DNA of 64,000 nt from Ardenticatenaceae bacterium (GCA_015491235.1 WFWG01000353.1:1342-65341); one strand, 5' to 3'. Shown: positions 17,715 to 25,219, counted from the stretch's first letter. The notes: generated by a model not told the origin, from the sequence alone. A program made the numbers and translations.

Positions 17715-20700
17715 ATGAGTGTGAAGAATCGTGCCACACCATATCTGGAGGCCCTGCGCCACCGCGCGATTGTCTACGACGGCGCCATGGGCACCTCCAT
17801 TCAGAAATACAACTTGAGTGCCGGGGACTTCGGCGGCGCCCAGTACGCGGGGTGCAACGACTACCTGTGCATCACGCGGCCGGACGTGGTGGAGGCCATC
17901 CACCGTTCCTACCTGGACGTGGGGGCCGACGTGATCGAAACCAACACCTTCCGTTCCAACCGCATCACGCTGAGCGAGTACGGCTTGCACGACCGGGTCC
18001 TCGAGATCAACGAGGCCGCTGCCCGCCTGGCCCGCCGCCTGGCCGATGAGTACAGCACGCCCGAGAAGCCGCGCTTCGTGGCCGGCTCCATCGGCCCCAG
18101 CGGCAAGTTGCCCTCTTCCAACGAGCCTAGCCTCAGCGACGTCACCTACGCCGACCTGGTGGAAGTCTTCAAGGAGCAGGCCACGGGCTTGTTGTTGGGC
18201 GGAGTGGACGTGCTGCTCATCGAAACCAGCCAGGACATCCTCGAGGTGAAGGCGGCCATTGAGGGGCTCAAGCGGGCTATGGCGGAGACCGGCATCCGGG
18301 CCGCCATTCAGGCCCAGGTGACGCTCGACACCAACGGGCGCATGTTGTTGGGCACGGACATTGCCGCCGTGCTCGCCATCCTGGAGCCACTGGGGGTCGA
18401 TGCCATCGGCCTCAACTGTTCTACCGGTCCCGACTACATGCGCGAGCCGATTCGCTACCTGACCAGCCACACGCGCCTGCCCGTCTCGGCCATTCCCAAC
18501 GCTGGCCTGCCCATCAACGTGGACGGCCAGGCGGTTTATCCCATGCAGCCGGAGCCTATGGCCGAGATGCTGCTGGAGTTCGTGCGCGAGTTCGGCTGTA
18601 ACATCATCGGCGGGTGCTGCGGCACCACGCCCGACCACATCCGGTTGCTGGTGGAAGGCGTGCAGGGGGTCAACCCTTGGACGCGCCGGCCAGCCGAAAT
18701 TGACACCCGTCCCCGCGTGGCCAGCGCCATGCGAGCTGTCGAACTCGTGCAAGAGCCGCCCCCCACGCTGGTAGGCGAGCGGGTCAACAGCCAGGGGAGC
18801 CGCAAAGTCAAAGAACTCCTCCTGGAAGGCGACTACGACGCTATCGTCGAAGTGGCCCACGGCCAGGTGGCTGGCGGCGCCCACTTGCTCGACGTGTGTG
18901 TGGCGCTCACCGAACAGCCGGACGAGGCGGCCCGCATGCGCCGCCTCGTGAAGCTGCTCAGCCTGAGCGTGGAAGCGCCGCTGGTCTTCGACTCCACGGA
19001 GGTGGACGTTATCCAGACGGCGCTGGAAACGTACCCAGGCCGGGGCATCGTGAACTCCATCAACCTGGAAAGTGGCCGCGAGAAGGCCGACGCGGTGCTC
19101 GCCCTGGTCAAACAGCACGGGGCTGCTGTGATTGCCTTGGCCATTGACGAAGAGGGCATGGCCCACACGGCCGAGCGCAAGCTGGCCGTCGCCCGTCGCA
19201 TTTACGAAATGGCCACACAGGAGCACGGTCTGCCGCCGGAGGCGCTCATTTTCGACGTGCTCACCTTCCCGGTGACCACTGGCCAGCCGGAACTGCGCCG
19301 CGCGGCCATTGAGACGTTGGAAGGCGTGCGGCTGGTCAAGGAGAACCTGCCCGGTGCCCTGACCCTTTTGGGAATTAGCAACGTTTCCTTCGGCCTTAAG
19401 CCGTCCGCCCGGGCGGTCATCAACAGTGTTTTCCTCCACCACGCCGTAGAGGCCGGGCTCGACCTTGCCCTTGTCAACCCCAAACATATCACGCCTTACG
19501 CCGAGATTCCGGCGGAGCAGCGCGAACTGATAGACGACCTGCTCTTCGACCGGCGCGACGACGCCCTGGCGCGGGTGATCACCTATTTCGAGAAACACGC
19601 GACCCAAGCGCAGGCGCGCCAAGAAGACGACCTCACCGAGGGGATGAGCGTCGAGGAGAAGCTCTACTGGCACATCGTCCACCGCAAGAAGGAGGGTGTC
19701 GAGGCGCTGGTAGATGCAGCGGTGGCCGCTCACGACCCGGTGTGGGTGCTGAACAACATCCTGCTCCCCGCCATGAAGGAGGTGGGCGACAAGTTCGGCG
19801 CTGGCGAACTCATCTTGCCCTTTGTCCTCCAGAGCGCTGAGGTGATGAAAAAGGCGGTGGCTCGCCTGGAAACGTACCTGGAGCGCGTCGAGGGGACCAG
19901 CAAGGGCACGGTGGTGCTGGCCACCGTCTTCGGCGACGTGCACGACATCGGCAAGAACCTCGTGGGCACCATTCTGAGCAACAACGGGTACAGGGTGATT
20001 GACCTGGGCAAGCAAGTGCCCGTCAACACCATCATTGACGCCGCCCTGGAACACAACGCCACGGCCATCGGCCTGAGCGCTCTGCTGGTGAGCACCAGCA
20101 AGCAGATGCCCATTTGTGTGCAGGAACTCCACAAGCGGGGGTTGAACATTCCCGTGCTCATCGGCGGCGCGGCCATCAACCGGCGCTTTGGCTACCGCAT
20201 CCTCTTCATGGAAGACGGCCAGCCCTATCCGGGGGGCGTCTTCTACTGCCAGGACGCCTTCGAGGGGTTGGCCGTCATGGACAAGCTAGTGAGCGAGGAG
20301 CGGGAGGCCTTTGTGGCCCAGGTCACAGAAGAGGCCCGTCGAACCTTGGAGGCGGACCAGGCGCGGCGCAAGCCCCAGCAGGCACCAGAGACGACCGTGC
20401 GCGTGGTGCCGCCTGCACCTGACACTCCCACGCCACCTTTTTGGGGTACACGTGTGGTACCCCGTGAGGAGATTGACATTCACGAGGTAATCAGCTACTT
20501 CGACCTCGACACCCTTTACCGCCTCCACTGGGGCGGCCGGGGCAAGCGCGGCGAGGAGTGGGAGGAGTTGGTGCGAACGGTTTTCGAGCCCACTCTGCGT
20601 CGCCTGGAGGCCGAACTGGCCGAGACCGGCTGGCTCTCCTTCGGCGTGATCTACGGCTACTTCCCGGCTGCCGCCGATGGAGATGACCTCATCATCTTTG

Positions 20701-21257
20701 ACCCGGAGGACCACGAGCGGCCTGTGGCCCGCTTCACCTTCCCGCGCCAGCCGGACCGCCAGCGCCTCTGCCTGAGTGATTACTTCATGCTGGCCGAGGA
20801 AGGGCGGGACGTGGTGGCCCTTCAGGTCGTCACCGCCGGACCGGAGGCCACCCGCCGAATCGAAATCCTTCAAGCGGCTGGCGAGTACACCGAGGCCTAC
20901 TTCATCAACGGCTTCGCCGACCAACTCGCCGAAGGGCTGGCCGAGTGGACCAACCGCCTCATCCGCCGCGAGCTGAACCTGCCGTCCGAGCGGGGGCTGC
21001 GCTACTCGTGGGGCTACCCGGCCTGCCCCGACCTGGAACAACAGGCCGACGTGCTGCGCCTGCTGGGCGCCAAGCGCATCGGCGTGCGCCTCTCCAGCGG
21101 CTACCAGCTTATTCCCGAACAGAGCACCGCCGCACTGGTCGTCCACCACCCGGCAGCGATCTACTTCTCCACCGGCGTGGAGCGCCGGCGCCAAGAAGAG
21201 GCTGTGGAGGAGGTGTTGGGACGTCTCGACCTGAAATTAAGAAAGGGCGGTGACTAA
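17715..21257 (+). CDS. metH: cobalamin-dependent methionine synthase
   Basis: 1180 aa with all modules: Hcy-binding (GGCCGTTPDH), pterin-binding, B12-binding (DVHDIGKN) and a C-terminal AdoMet activation domain. Confidence 0.95.
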   Translation: MSVKNRATPYLEALRHRAIVYDGAMGTSIQKYNLSAGDFGGAQYAGCNDYLCITRPDVVEAIHRSYLDVGADVIETNTFRSNRITLSEYGLHDRVLEINEAAARLARRLADEYSTPEKPRFVAGSIGPSGKLPSSNEPSLSDVTYADLVEVFKEQATGLLLGGVDVLLIETSQDILEVKAAIEGLKRAMAETGIRAAIQAQVTLDTNGRMLLGTDIAAVLAILEPLGVDAIGLNCSTGPDYMREPIRYLTSHTRLPVSAIPNAGLPINVDGQAVYPMQPEPMAEMLLEFVREFGCNIIGGCCGTTPDHIRLLVEGVQGVNPWTRRPAEIDTRPRVASAMRAVELVQEPPPTLVGERVNSQGSRKVKELLLEGDYDAIVEVAHGQVAGGAHLLDVCVALTEQPDEAARMRRLVKLLSLSVEAPLVFDSTEVDVIQTALETYPGRGIVNSINLESGREKADAVLALVKQHGAAVIALAIDEEGMAHTAERKLAVARRIYEMATQEHGLPPEALIFDVLTFPVTTGQPELRRAAIETLEGVRLVKENLPGALTLLGISNVSFGLKPSARAVINSVFLHHAVEAGLDLALVNPKHITPYAEIPAEQRELIDDLLFDRRDDALARVITYFEKHATQAQARQEDDLTEGMSVEEKLYWHIVHRKKEGVEALVDAAVAAHDPVWVLNNILLPAMKEVGDKFGAGELILPFVLQSAEVMKKAVARLETYLERVEGTSKGTVVLATVFGDVHDIGKNLVGTILSNNGYRVIDLGKQVPVNTIIDAALEHNATAIGLSALLVSTSKQMPICVQELHKRGLNIPVLIGGAAINRRFGYRILFMEDGQPYPGGVFYCQDAFEGLAVMDKLVSEEREAFVAQVTEEARRTLEADQARRKPQQAPETTVRVVPPAPDTPTPPFWGTRVVPREEIDIHEVISYFDLDTLYRLHWGGRGKRGEEWEELVRTVFEPTLRRLEAELAETGWLSFGVIYGYFPAAADGDDLIIFDPEDHERPVARFTFPRQPDRQRLCLSDYFMLAEEGRDVVALQVVTAGPEATRRIEILQAAGEYTEAYFINGFADQLAEGLAEWTNRLIRRELNLPSERGLRYSWGYPACPDLEQQADVLRLLGAKRIGVRLSSGYQLIPEQSTAALVVHHPAAIYFSTGVERRRQEEAVEEVLGRLDLKLRKGGD

Positions 21258-22390
21258 TGAGAGTTTACATGCGAGCGTTCGGGCCTATTGCTCACGCTGA
21301 TATCGAATTGGGCGATTTAACAGTGCTGGTCGGCCCCCAGGCGACAGGAAAGAGCATTTTTCTGGCTACGTTCAAGTTGCTCCATGATGCCGGATTTGTG
21401 GCCCATCGCCTCAAGGCGTTCGATCTCGTCTGGGAGGACGATGTGACCCGCTTCCTCGACCTGTACTTCGGCGAAGGGCTTGGAGGAATATGGCAAGAAA
21501 ACAGCACTGTGTCTGTTAACGGCAAAACTATCTCGCCTGAAAGCTTCTTGGCATCGTCGGAGAAAAAGGAGCGCGTGTTTTACATCCCCGCTCAGCGAGT
21601 TCTTGTGTTGCGTGATGGGTTGACGCGCCCGTTCGGCGAATACCGAGTAGAAGACCCCTTTGTTGTACGCCAGTTCAGCGATGTACTTCACCAATTGGTG
21701 CAAGCGGAATTTTCACGGCACAACCTTCTTTTTCCTCAACCGGGACGCTTAAAAGAGGCATTTCGGGACCTTCTTGACAGGTACATATTCCGCGGCTTTA
21801 CGTTGCAAGCCGATCGTAAGTGGGGACCCCGTCGGTTAGTGCTAGTCCAAGGCGACGGAGACGCAAGACTCCCCTTCATGGTTTGGTCAGCAGGCCAAAG
21901 AGAGTTCGTCCCGCTTTTGCTGGGACTCTATTGGCTCATGCCAGCAGGTCGTGTCTCTCGTCGAAAACCTGTTGAATGGATCATTGTCGAAGAACCAGAG
22001 ATGGGGCTTCACCCCCGCGCTATACATGGCGTGATGATGCTTCTTCTGGAACTCCTCCGTCGAGGATATCGCGTACTGCTTTCCACGCACTCATTGGCGG
22101 TGCTCGACATTGTGTGGGCATTTCAAGTTTTCAAGCGGTATCAAGATGAGAAGGCTGTTTTAGAGCTTGGGGGCTGGCCTAACCGTGCCGAATATTGGGA
22201 GCTTGCCCGTTCTGCGTTGGCAAGGACGTATAGAGTCTTTTATTTTCGCCCGGAAGGGGATGTTGTGGACATATCGAGCCTTGACCCCAGCGATGAGAAC
22301 ATCCACGTAGCCGGCTGGGGCGGGTTGAGCGAATTCAGCGGTTATGTGGCCGATTTGGTGGCCAAAGCCATCGAGCGACATGCCGCATAG
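21257..22390 (+). CDS. ABC/SMC-type ATPase of the AAA_21/AAA_15 class (defence-system-like)
   Basis: 377 aa: Walker A GPQATGKS, signature-like WSAGQRE, Walker B WIIVEEPEMGLHP and H-loop LLSTHS. G+C is lower than the flanks. The ATG overlaps the metH TAA (TAATG). Confidence 0.75.
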   Translation: MRVYMRAFGPIAHADIELGDLTVLVGPQATGKSIFLATFKLLHDAGFVAHRLKAFDLVWEDDVTRFLDLYFGEGLGGIWQENSTVSVNGKTISPESFLASSEKKERVFYIPAQRVLVLRDGLTRPFGEYRVEDPFVVRQFSDVLHQLVQAEFSRHNLLFPQPGRLKEAFRDLLDRYIFRGFTLQADRKWGPRRLVLVQGDGDARLPFMVWSAGQREFVPLLLGLYWLMPAGRVSRRKPVEWIIVEEPEMGLHPRAIHGVMMLLLELLRRGYRVLLSTHSLAVLDIVWAFQVFKRYQDEKAVLELGGWPNRAEYWELARSALARTYRVFYFRPEGDVVDISSLDPSDENIHVAGWGGLSEFSGYVADLVAKAIERHAA

Positions 22391-22409
22391 GTGCATTGGG
22401 AGAACACAA

Positions 22410-22910
22410 ATGGCCTTCTGTAACGAGATAGCCGCTTGGTCTCGATCGCTTTCGAGGGGATACAACAGAACGCTCTCTTTAAATTGCCAAAGTGGCTTGC
22501 AAGCTGTGGCGCAAAGGCACAAAGGACAAAATGGGTGCATTCGATGTGGTAACACCCGTTCTTTCCAGTTAAGCAGTGTGTGTTTGGATAGAGACTTGCG
22601 GCCTCTTTTCCCTCAGGAAGAGCGGTGGGACTATGGGATTGGCGTTGAAGATACCGGCGGAAACCTGGTGCGAGTTGTCTGGATCGAAGTCCACCCGGCT
22701 TATCCAAAGGAAGTCATAAAGATGTTGAACAAACTCGAATGGCTAAGAGACCTCAAAGCGAAATACCAGCGGTGGTCACGTCACCACCACGAGTATTATT
22801 GGGCCGTTCCGCCGGGAAGCGGTGTATACATTCCCAAACACGTGCCTCAGTACAAGAAGTTGAGGAAATCTCTACTCAAAGGCCCGCAAAAAGTCGTAAA
22901 CGTGTGTTGA
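22410..22910 (+). CDS. hypothetical partner protein of the ATPase (possible PD-(D/E)XK-like core)
   Basis: Same strand and same low G+C as the ATPase. Candidate starts are ATG 22380 (overlapping the ATPase stop) or ATG 22410. Contains CIRCGN and DYGIGVEDTGGNLVRVVWIEVH. I recognise no family. Confidence 0.5.
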   Translation: MAFCNEIAAWSRSLSRGYNRTLSLNCQSGLQAVAQRHKGQNGCIRCGNTRSFQLSSVCLDRDLRPLFPQEERWDYGIGVEDTGGNLVRVVWIEVHPAYPKEVIKMLNKLEWLRDLKAKYQRWSRHHHEYYWAVPPGSGVYIPKHVPQYKKLRKSLLKGPQKVVNVC

Positions 22911-22932
22911 TTTTTGGGGGAGGATTAAGGAA

Positions 22933-23433
22933 GTGAGCAAAAAGACACCGACGATCTCCGAGGCCCGTCAGGCGACCATTGAAGGCGTTGTCATCAAGCC
23001 CCTCGTCACCCACCGTGACGAGCGCGGCTTCTTCCGCGAACTGATCCGCGTGACGGACGAGTTTTTCGGCGAAGGGTTTGGCCAGTGGAGCCACAGCCGC
23101 ATGTTTGCGGGTGTCGCCAAGGCGTGGCACATCCACTGGCATCAGGTGGACTGGTGGTACGTGCCGGTGGGCAACATCAAGGTGGCCCTCTACGACATGC
23201 GCCCTGACTCGCCCACGTACAGAGTCTTACAGGAAGTCTACATGGGAGATAACTACGATCCCATCGTGCTCAAGATTCCGCCGGGAGTGGCCCACGGCTG
23301 CAAGGTGCTCAGCGGGGAGGCTCACCTCTTCTACATCACGTCCAACGTTTACAACCCAGCCGACGAGGGACGCATTCCGCACGACGATCCTGACATCGGC
23401 TACGACTGGACGGCGCTGCCGCCCATCCGTTGA
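22933..23433 (+). CDS. rmlC: dTDP-4-dehydrorhamnose 3,5-epimerase-family cupin
   Basis: GTG start after GGGGGAGG. 166 aa with RDERGFFRE, AWHIH, VALYDMR and PPGVAHG motifs of RmlC-like epimerases. Confidence 0.75.
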   Translation: MSKKTPTISEARQATIEGVVIKPLVTHRDERGFFRELIRVTDEFFGEGFGQWSHSRMFAGVAKAWHIHWHQVDWWYVPVGNIKVALYDMRPDSPTYRVLQEVYMGDNYDPIVLKIPPGVAHGCKVLSGEAHLFYITSNVYNPADEGRIPHDDPDIGYDWTALPPIR

Positions 23434-23494
23434 AAGCCAAGTATTTGCACTGCCCCGCTCGTCACCACCAGGCAACAGGAATACCCTTGACCAG

Positions 23495-23665
23495 CTACTT
23501 ATGAGGCGGATAAATGACGATTGTTTTTCCATCTTCAGTTTGGCCCCAGAGAATAGGTTTCATGGGCGGGGGAGTGCGGTGAGTTTCGTCGTTGATGCTA
23601 ACTGGTCCTAAAAGGGAGAGCAAAAGAAGCGCCACAAAGATCAAAACGAACAAAAGCGTCAACAT
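23495..23665 (-). CDS. small secreted/membrane protein candidate (56 aa)
   Basis: Not in the track. On the reverse strand, AAGGAGG plus 7 nt precedes the ATG (23663-23665). The product is MLTLLFVLIFVALLLLSLLGPVSINDETHRTPPPMKPILWGQTEDGKTIVIYPPHK. Confidence 0.35.
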   Translation of the reverse strand: MLTLLFVLIFVALLLLSLLGPVSINDETHRTPPPMKPILWGQTEDGKTIVIYPPHK

Positions 23666-23690
23666 GAACTGGCCTCCTTAAAGGTTATGC

Positions 23691-23718
23691 TTGACAGGCT
23701 GCTTCTCCATTGTACAAT
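23691..23718 (+). promoter_or_regulatory. sigma-70-like promoter
   Basis: TTGACA (23691-23696), a 16-nt spacer, then TACAAT (23713-23718). It lies upstream of the 29-aa ORF and tRNA-Sec. Confidence 0.45.
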
Positions 23719-23763
23719 CTATCCACGACAAGTTTCTCCACTATTTCACTCGAGGAGGAAGAA

Positions 23764-23853
23764 ATGGAAACACTGCTCGTTGTGCTTTTGCTCTATGTCT
23801 TTTTGCTTGTGGAAGGAACACTGGCTGTGTGGTTCGTCTTTCGGCGCAGCTAA
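23764..23853 (+). CDS. 29-aa single-TM peptide candidate
   Basis: Not in the track. GAGGAGGAAGAA precedes ATG 23764. The product is METLLVVLLLYVFLLVEGTLAVWFVFRRS, with stop TAA at 23851-23853. Confidence 0.3.
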   Translation: METLLVVLLLYVFLLVEGTLAVWFVFRRS

Positions 23854-23924
23854 CGACCGGATGTGAGGAGCGACTTCGGCAGCGTGGACCGGCGTGCTGC
23901 AGGAGGAACCTCTGTTAAACGTGA

Positions 23925-24020
23925 GGGGGCGGTTGGTCCCCGGTGGGGCCCCCGGTCTTCAAAATCGGTGGGGCGTGGTGCTGAACCAGGCCCGGTGGGT
24001 TCGACTCCCATCCGCCCCCG
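23925..24020 (+). tRNA. selC: tRNA-Sec (anticodon UCA)
   Basis: Hand fold:
- 8-bp acceptor GGGGGCGG/CCGCCCCC
- 6-bp D stem GGTCCC/GGGGCC with a 4-nt loop
- anticodon stem CCGGT/ATCGG with loop CTTCAAA
- roughly 26-nt variable arm
- T arm GTGGG-TTCGACT-CCCAT
- discriminator G

Total length is 96 nt. Confidence 0.85.
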
Positions 24021-24037
24021 TCCATGACGGCAAACAG

Positions 24038-24070
24038 GTGCGGCGCGCTCGAAAGCGCGCCGCACTTTTG
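24038..24070. terminator. strong rho-independent terminator, likely bidirectional (tRNA-Sec and hbd converge here)
   Basis: GTGCGGCGCGCT-cgaa-AGCGCGCCGCAC followed by TTTTG. Confidence 0.7.
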
Positions 24071-24080
24071 ACCGGATTCC

Positions 24081-24932
24081 TCATGAATAGTCGTAAAACC
24101 CCTTGCCACTCTTTCGTCCCAAGTGGCCAGCAGCAACCATACGGCGCAACAAGGGCGGAGCTGCGTATCTGGGATCGCGAAACTCCTCGTACATGGCGTC
24201 GGCTATGAAGAGAGTGGTGTCCAGCCCCACGAAGTCCAACAGCGTGAAGGGCCCCATAGGGTGATTCAACCCCAGTTTGATGCCCTTGTCAATGTCCTCC
24301 TTAGTAGCCAAGCCGTGTTCAAGCCAGCGAACAGCATCGAGCAAATACGGAATCAGCAGCAGGTTCACGATGAAGCCCGGTGTGTCCTTCGCCACGATGA
24401 TCTCCTTGCCCAGCGACTCCCCAAAGGCGCGGGCTTTGGCAAGGGTCTCGTCGCTGGTCTCCAAACCTCGCACCAACTCGATGAGCGGCATGACCGGTAC
24501 CGGGTTGAAGAAGTGCATCCCCAGCACCTGAGGACGGCGGTTGGTGACCGAGGCCATTTCGGTAATGCTCAACGAGGAGGTGTTGCTTGCCAAGATGGCG
24601 TGAGATGGCGTGATGCGGTCAAGTTCCCGGAAGACTTCTTTCTTCAGGTCCATGTTCTCCACTACCGCTTCAATCACGAGGTCACAGTCCCGGAAGTCTT
24701 CCATGTTGGTGGTAAACGAGAGTCGCGACCATGCCTGGTTATACTCTTCCTGGGAGAGTTTGCCGCGCTTAAGGGCACGGTCCATGCTGGCCTTGATGCG
24801 GGCACGGCCTCTTTCCATCAAGTCGTCGTTGACTTCGCGCACGATGGTCGTGTACCCATGCCGGGCACACACTTCGGCAATGCCGGAACCCATCAAGCCA
24901 CATCCAACGACGCCGACCCTTTTGATCTCCAT
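24081..24932 (-). CDS. hbd: 3-hydroxybutyryl-CoA dehydrogenase
   Basis: 283 aa: VGVVGCGLMGSGIA Rossmann motif, ASNTSSLSIT and HFFNPVPVMPLIE. Confidence 0.9.
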   Translation of the reverse strand: MEIKRVGVVGCGLMGSGIAEVCARHGYTTIVREVNDDLMERGRARIKASMDRALKRGKLSQEEYNQAWSRLSFTTNMEDFRDCDLVIEAVVENMDLKKEVFRELDRITPSHAILASNTSSLSITEMASVTNRRPQVLGMHFFNPVPVMPLIELVRGLETSDETLAKARAFGESLGKEIIVAKDTPGFIVNLLLIPYLLDAVRWLEHGLATKEDIDKGIKLGLNHPMGPFTLLDFVGLDTTLFIADAMYEEFRDPRYAAPPLLRRMVAAGHLGRKSGKGFYDYS

Positions 24933-24956
24933 TGATCTATCCCTCCCTCTGAGTGT

Positions 24957-24985
24957 TCAGTGATCAGTTGTCAGTGATTCAGTAA
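24957..24985. repeat. phased heptamer array TCAGTGA/TCAGTTG/TCAGTGA/TTCAGTAA
   Basis: Read directly from the sequence. It abuts the left end of MITE-like copy A. Confidence 0.7.
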
Positions 24986-25140
24986 CAGGAGTTACGCGGT
25001 GACTTTGGAGAAAGATTTTGTCAGCCATATTCCGGGGGTGCAGGGGGTGGAACCCCCTGCCGGGGGGCGTGGGGGGTGTTCCCCAGCCTCTTTCTCTCCC
25101 AAATGCCGCCCTGCACCGCCACCATGTACGTCCTGTCAGT
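24981..25140. mobile_element. MITE-like structured repeat, copy A (non-autonomous, no ORF)
   Basis: Imperfect terminal inverted repeats ACAGGAGTTACGCGG ... CCATGTACGTCCTGT. There is an internal hairpin GCAGGGGGT-gga-ACCCCCTGC and long-range complementarity GGTGCAGGG / CCCTGCACC. It is about 75-80% identical by eye to copy B. Confidence 0.55.
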
Positions 25141-25191
25141 AATCAGTGGACGAAGAGAAGAAAGCCAGAACACAGCCAAATCGAACACCGA

Positions 25192-25219
25192 TTACTGCTC
25201 ACTGCTCACTGCTTACTGG
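25192..25219. repeat. four phased heptamers TTACTGC-TCACTGC-TCACTGC-TTACTGG (CAGTGAG on the minus strand)
   Basis: Read directly from the sequence. It is inverted relative to the 24957-24985 array and abuts the stop codon of the LysM gene. Confidence 0.75.

Noticed and set aside
17613-20132. 839-aa ORF on the minus strand
   Set aside because: It lies entirely antisense to metH, whose product is recognisable along its full length. The antisense translation is Gly/Arg/His/Val-rich low-complexity sequence typical of shadow ORFs in high-GC DNA.
22160-22707. Minus-strand ORFs 22160..22555 and 22342..22707 inside the ATPase cassette
   Set aside because: They overlap the 3' end of the ATPase gene and the partner gene in antisense. 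They are Cys/Leu/Pro-rich, lack an RBS, and would break the tight plus-strand coupling of the two cassette genes.
21257-24020. A selC-anchored genomic island with defined borders
   Set aside because: No integrase, no direct repeat of the tRNA 3' end, and a native-composition rmlC-like gene lies between the low-GC cassette and selC. Proximity is noted in the findings, but an island call is not supported.
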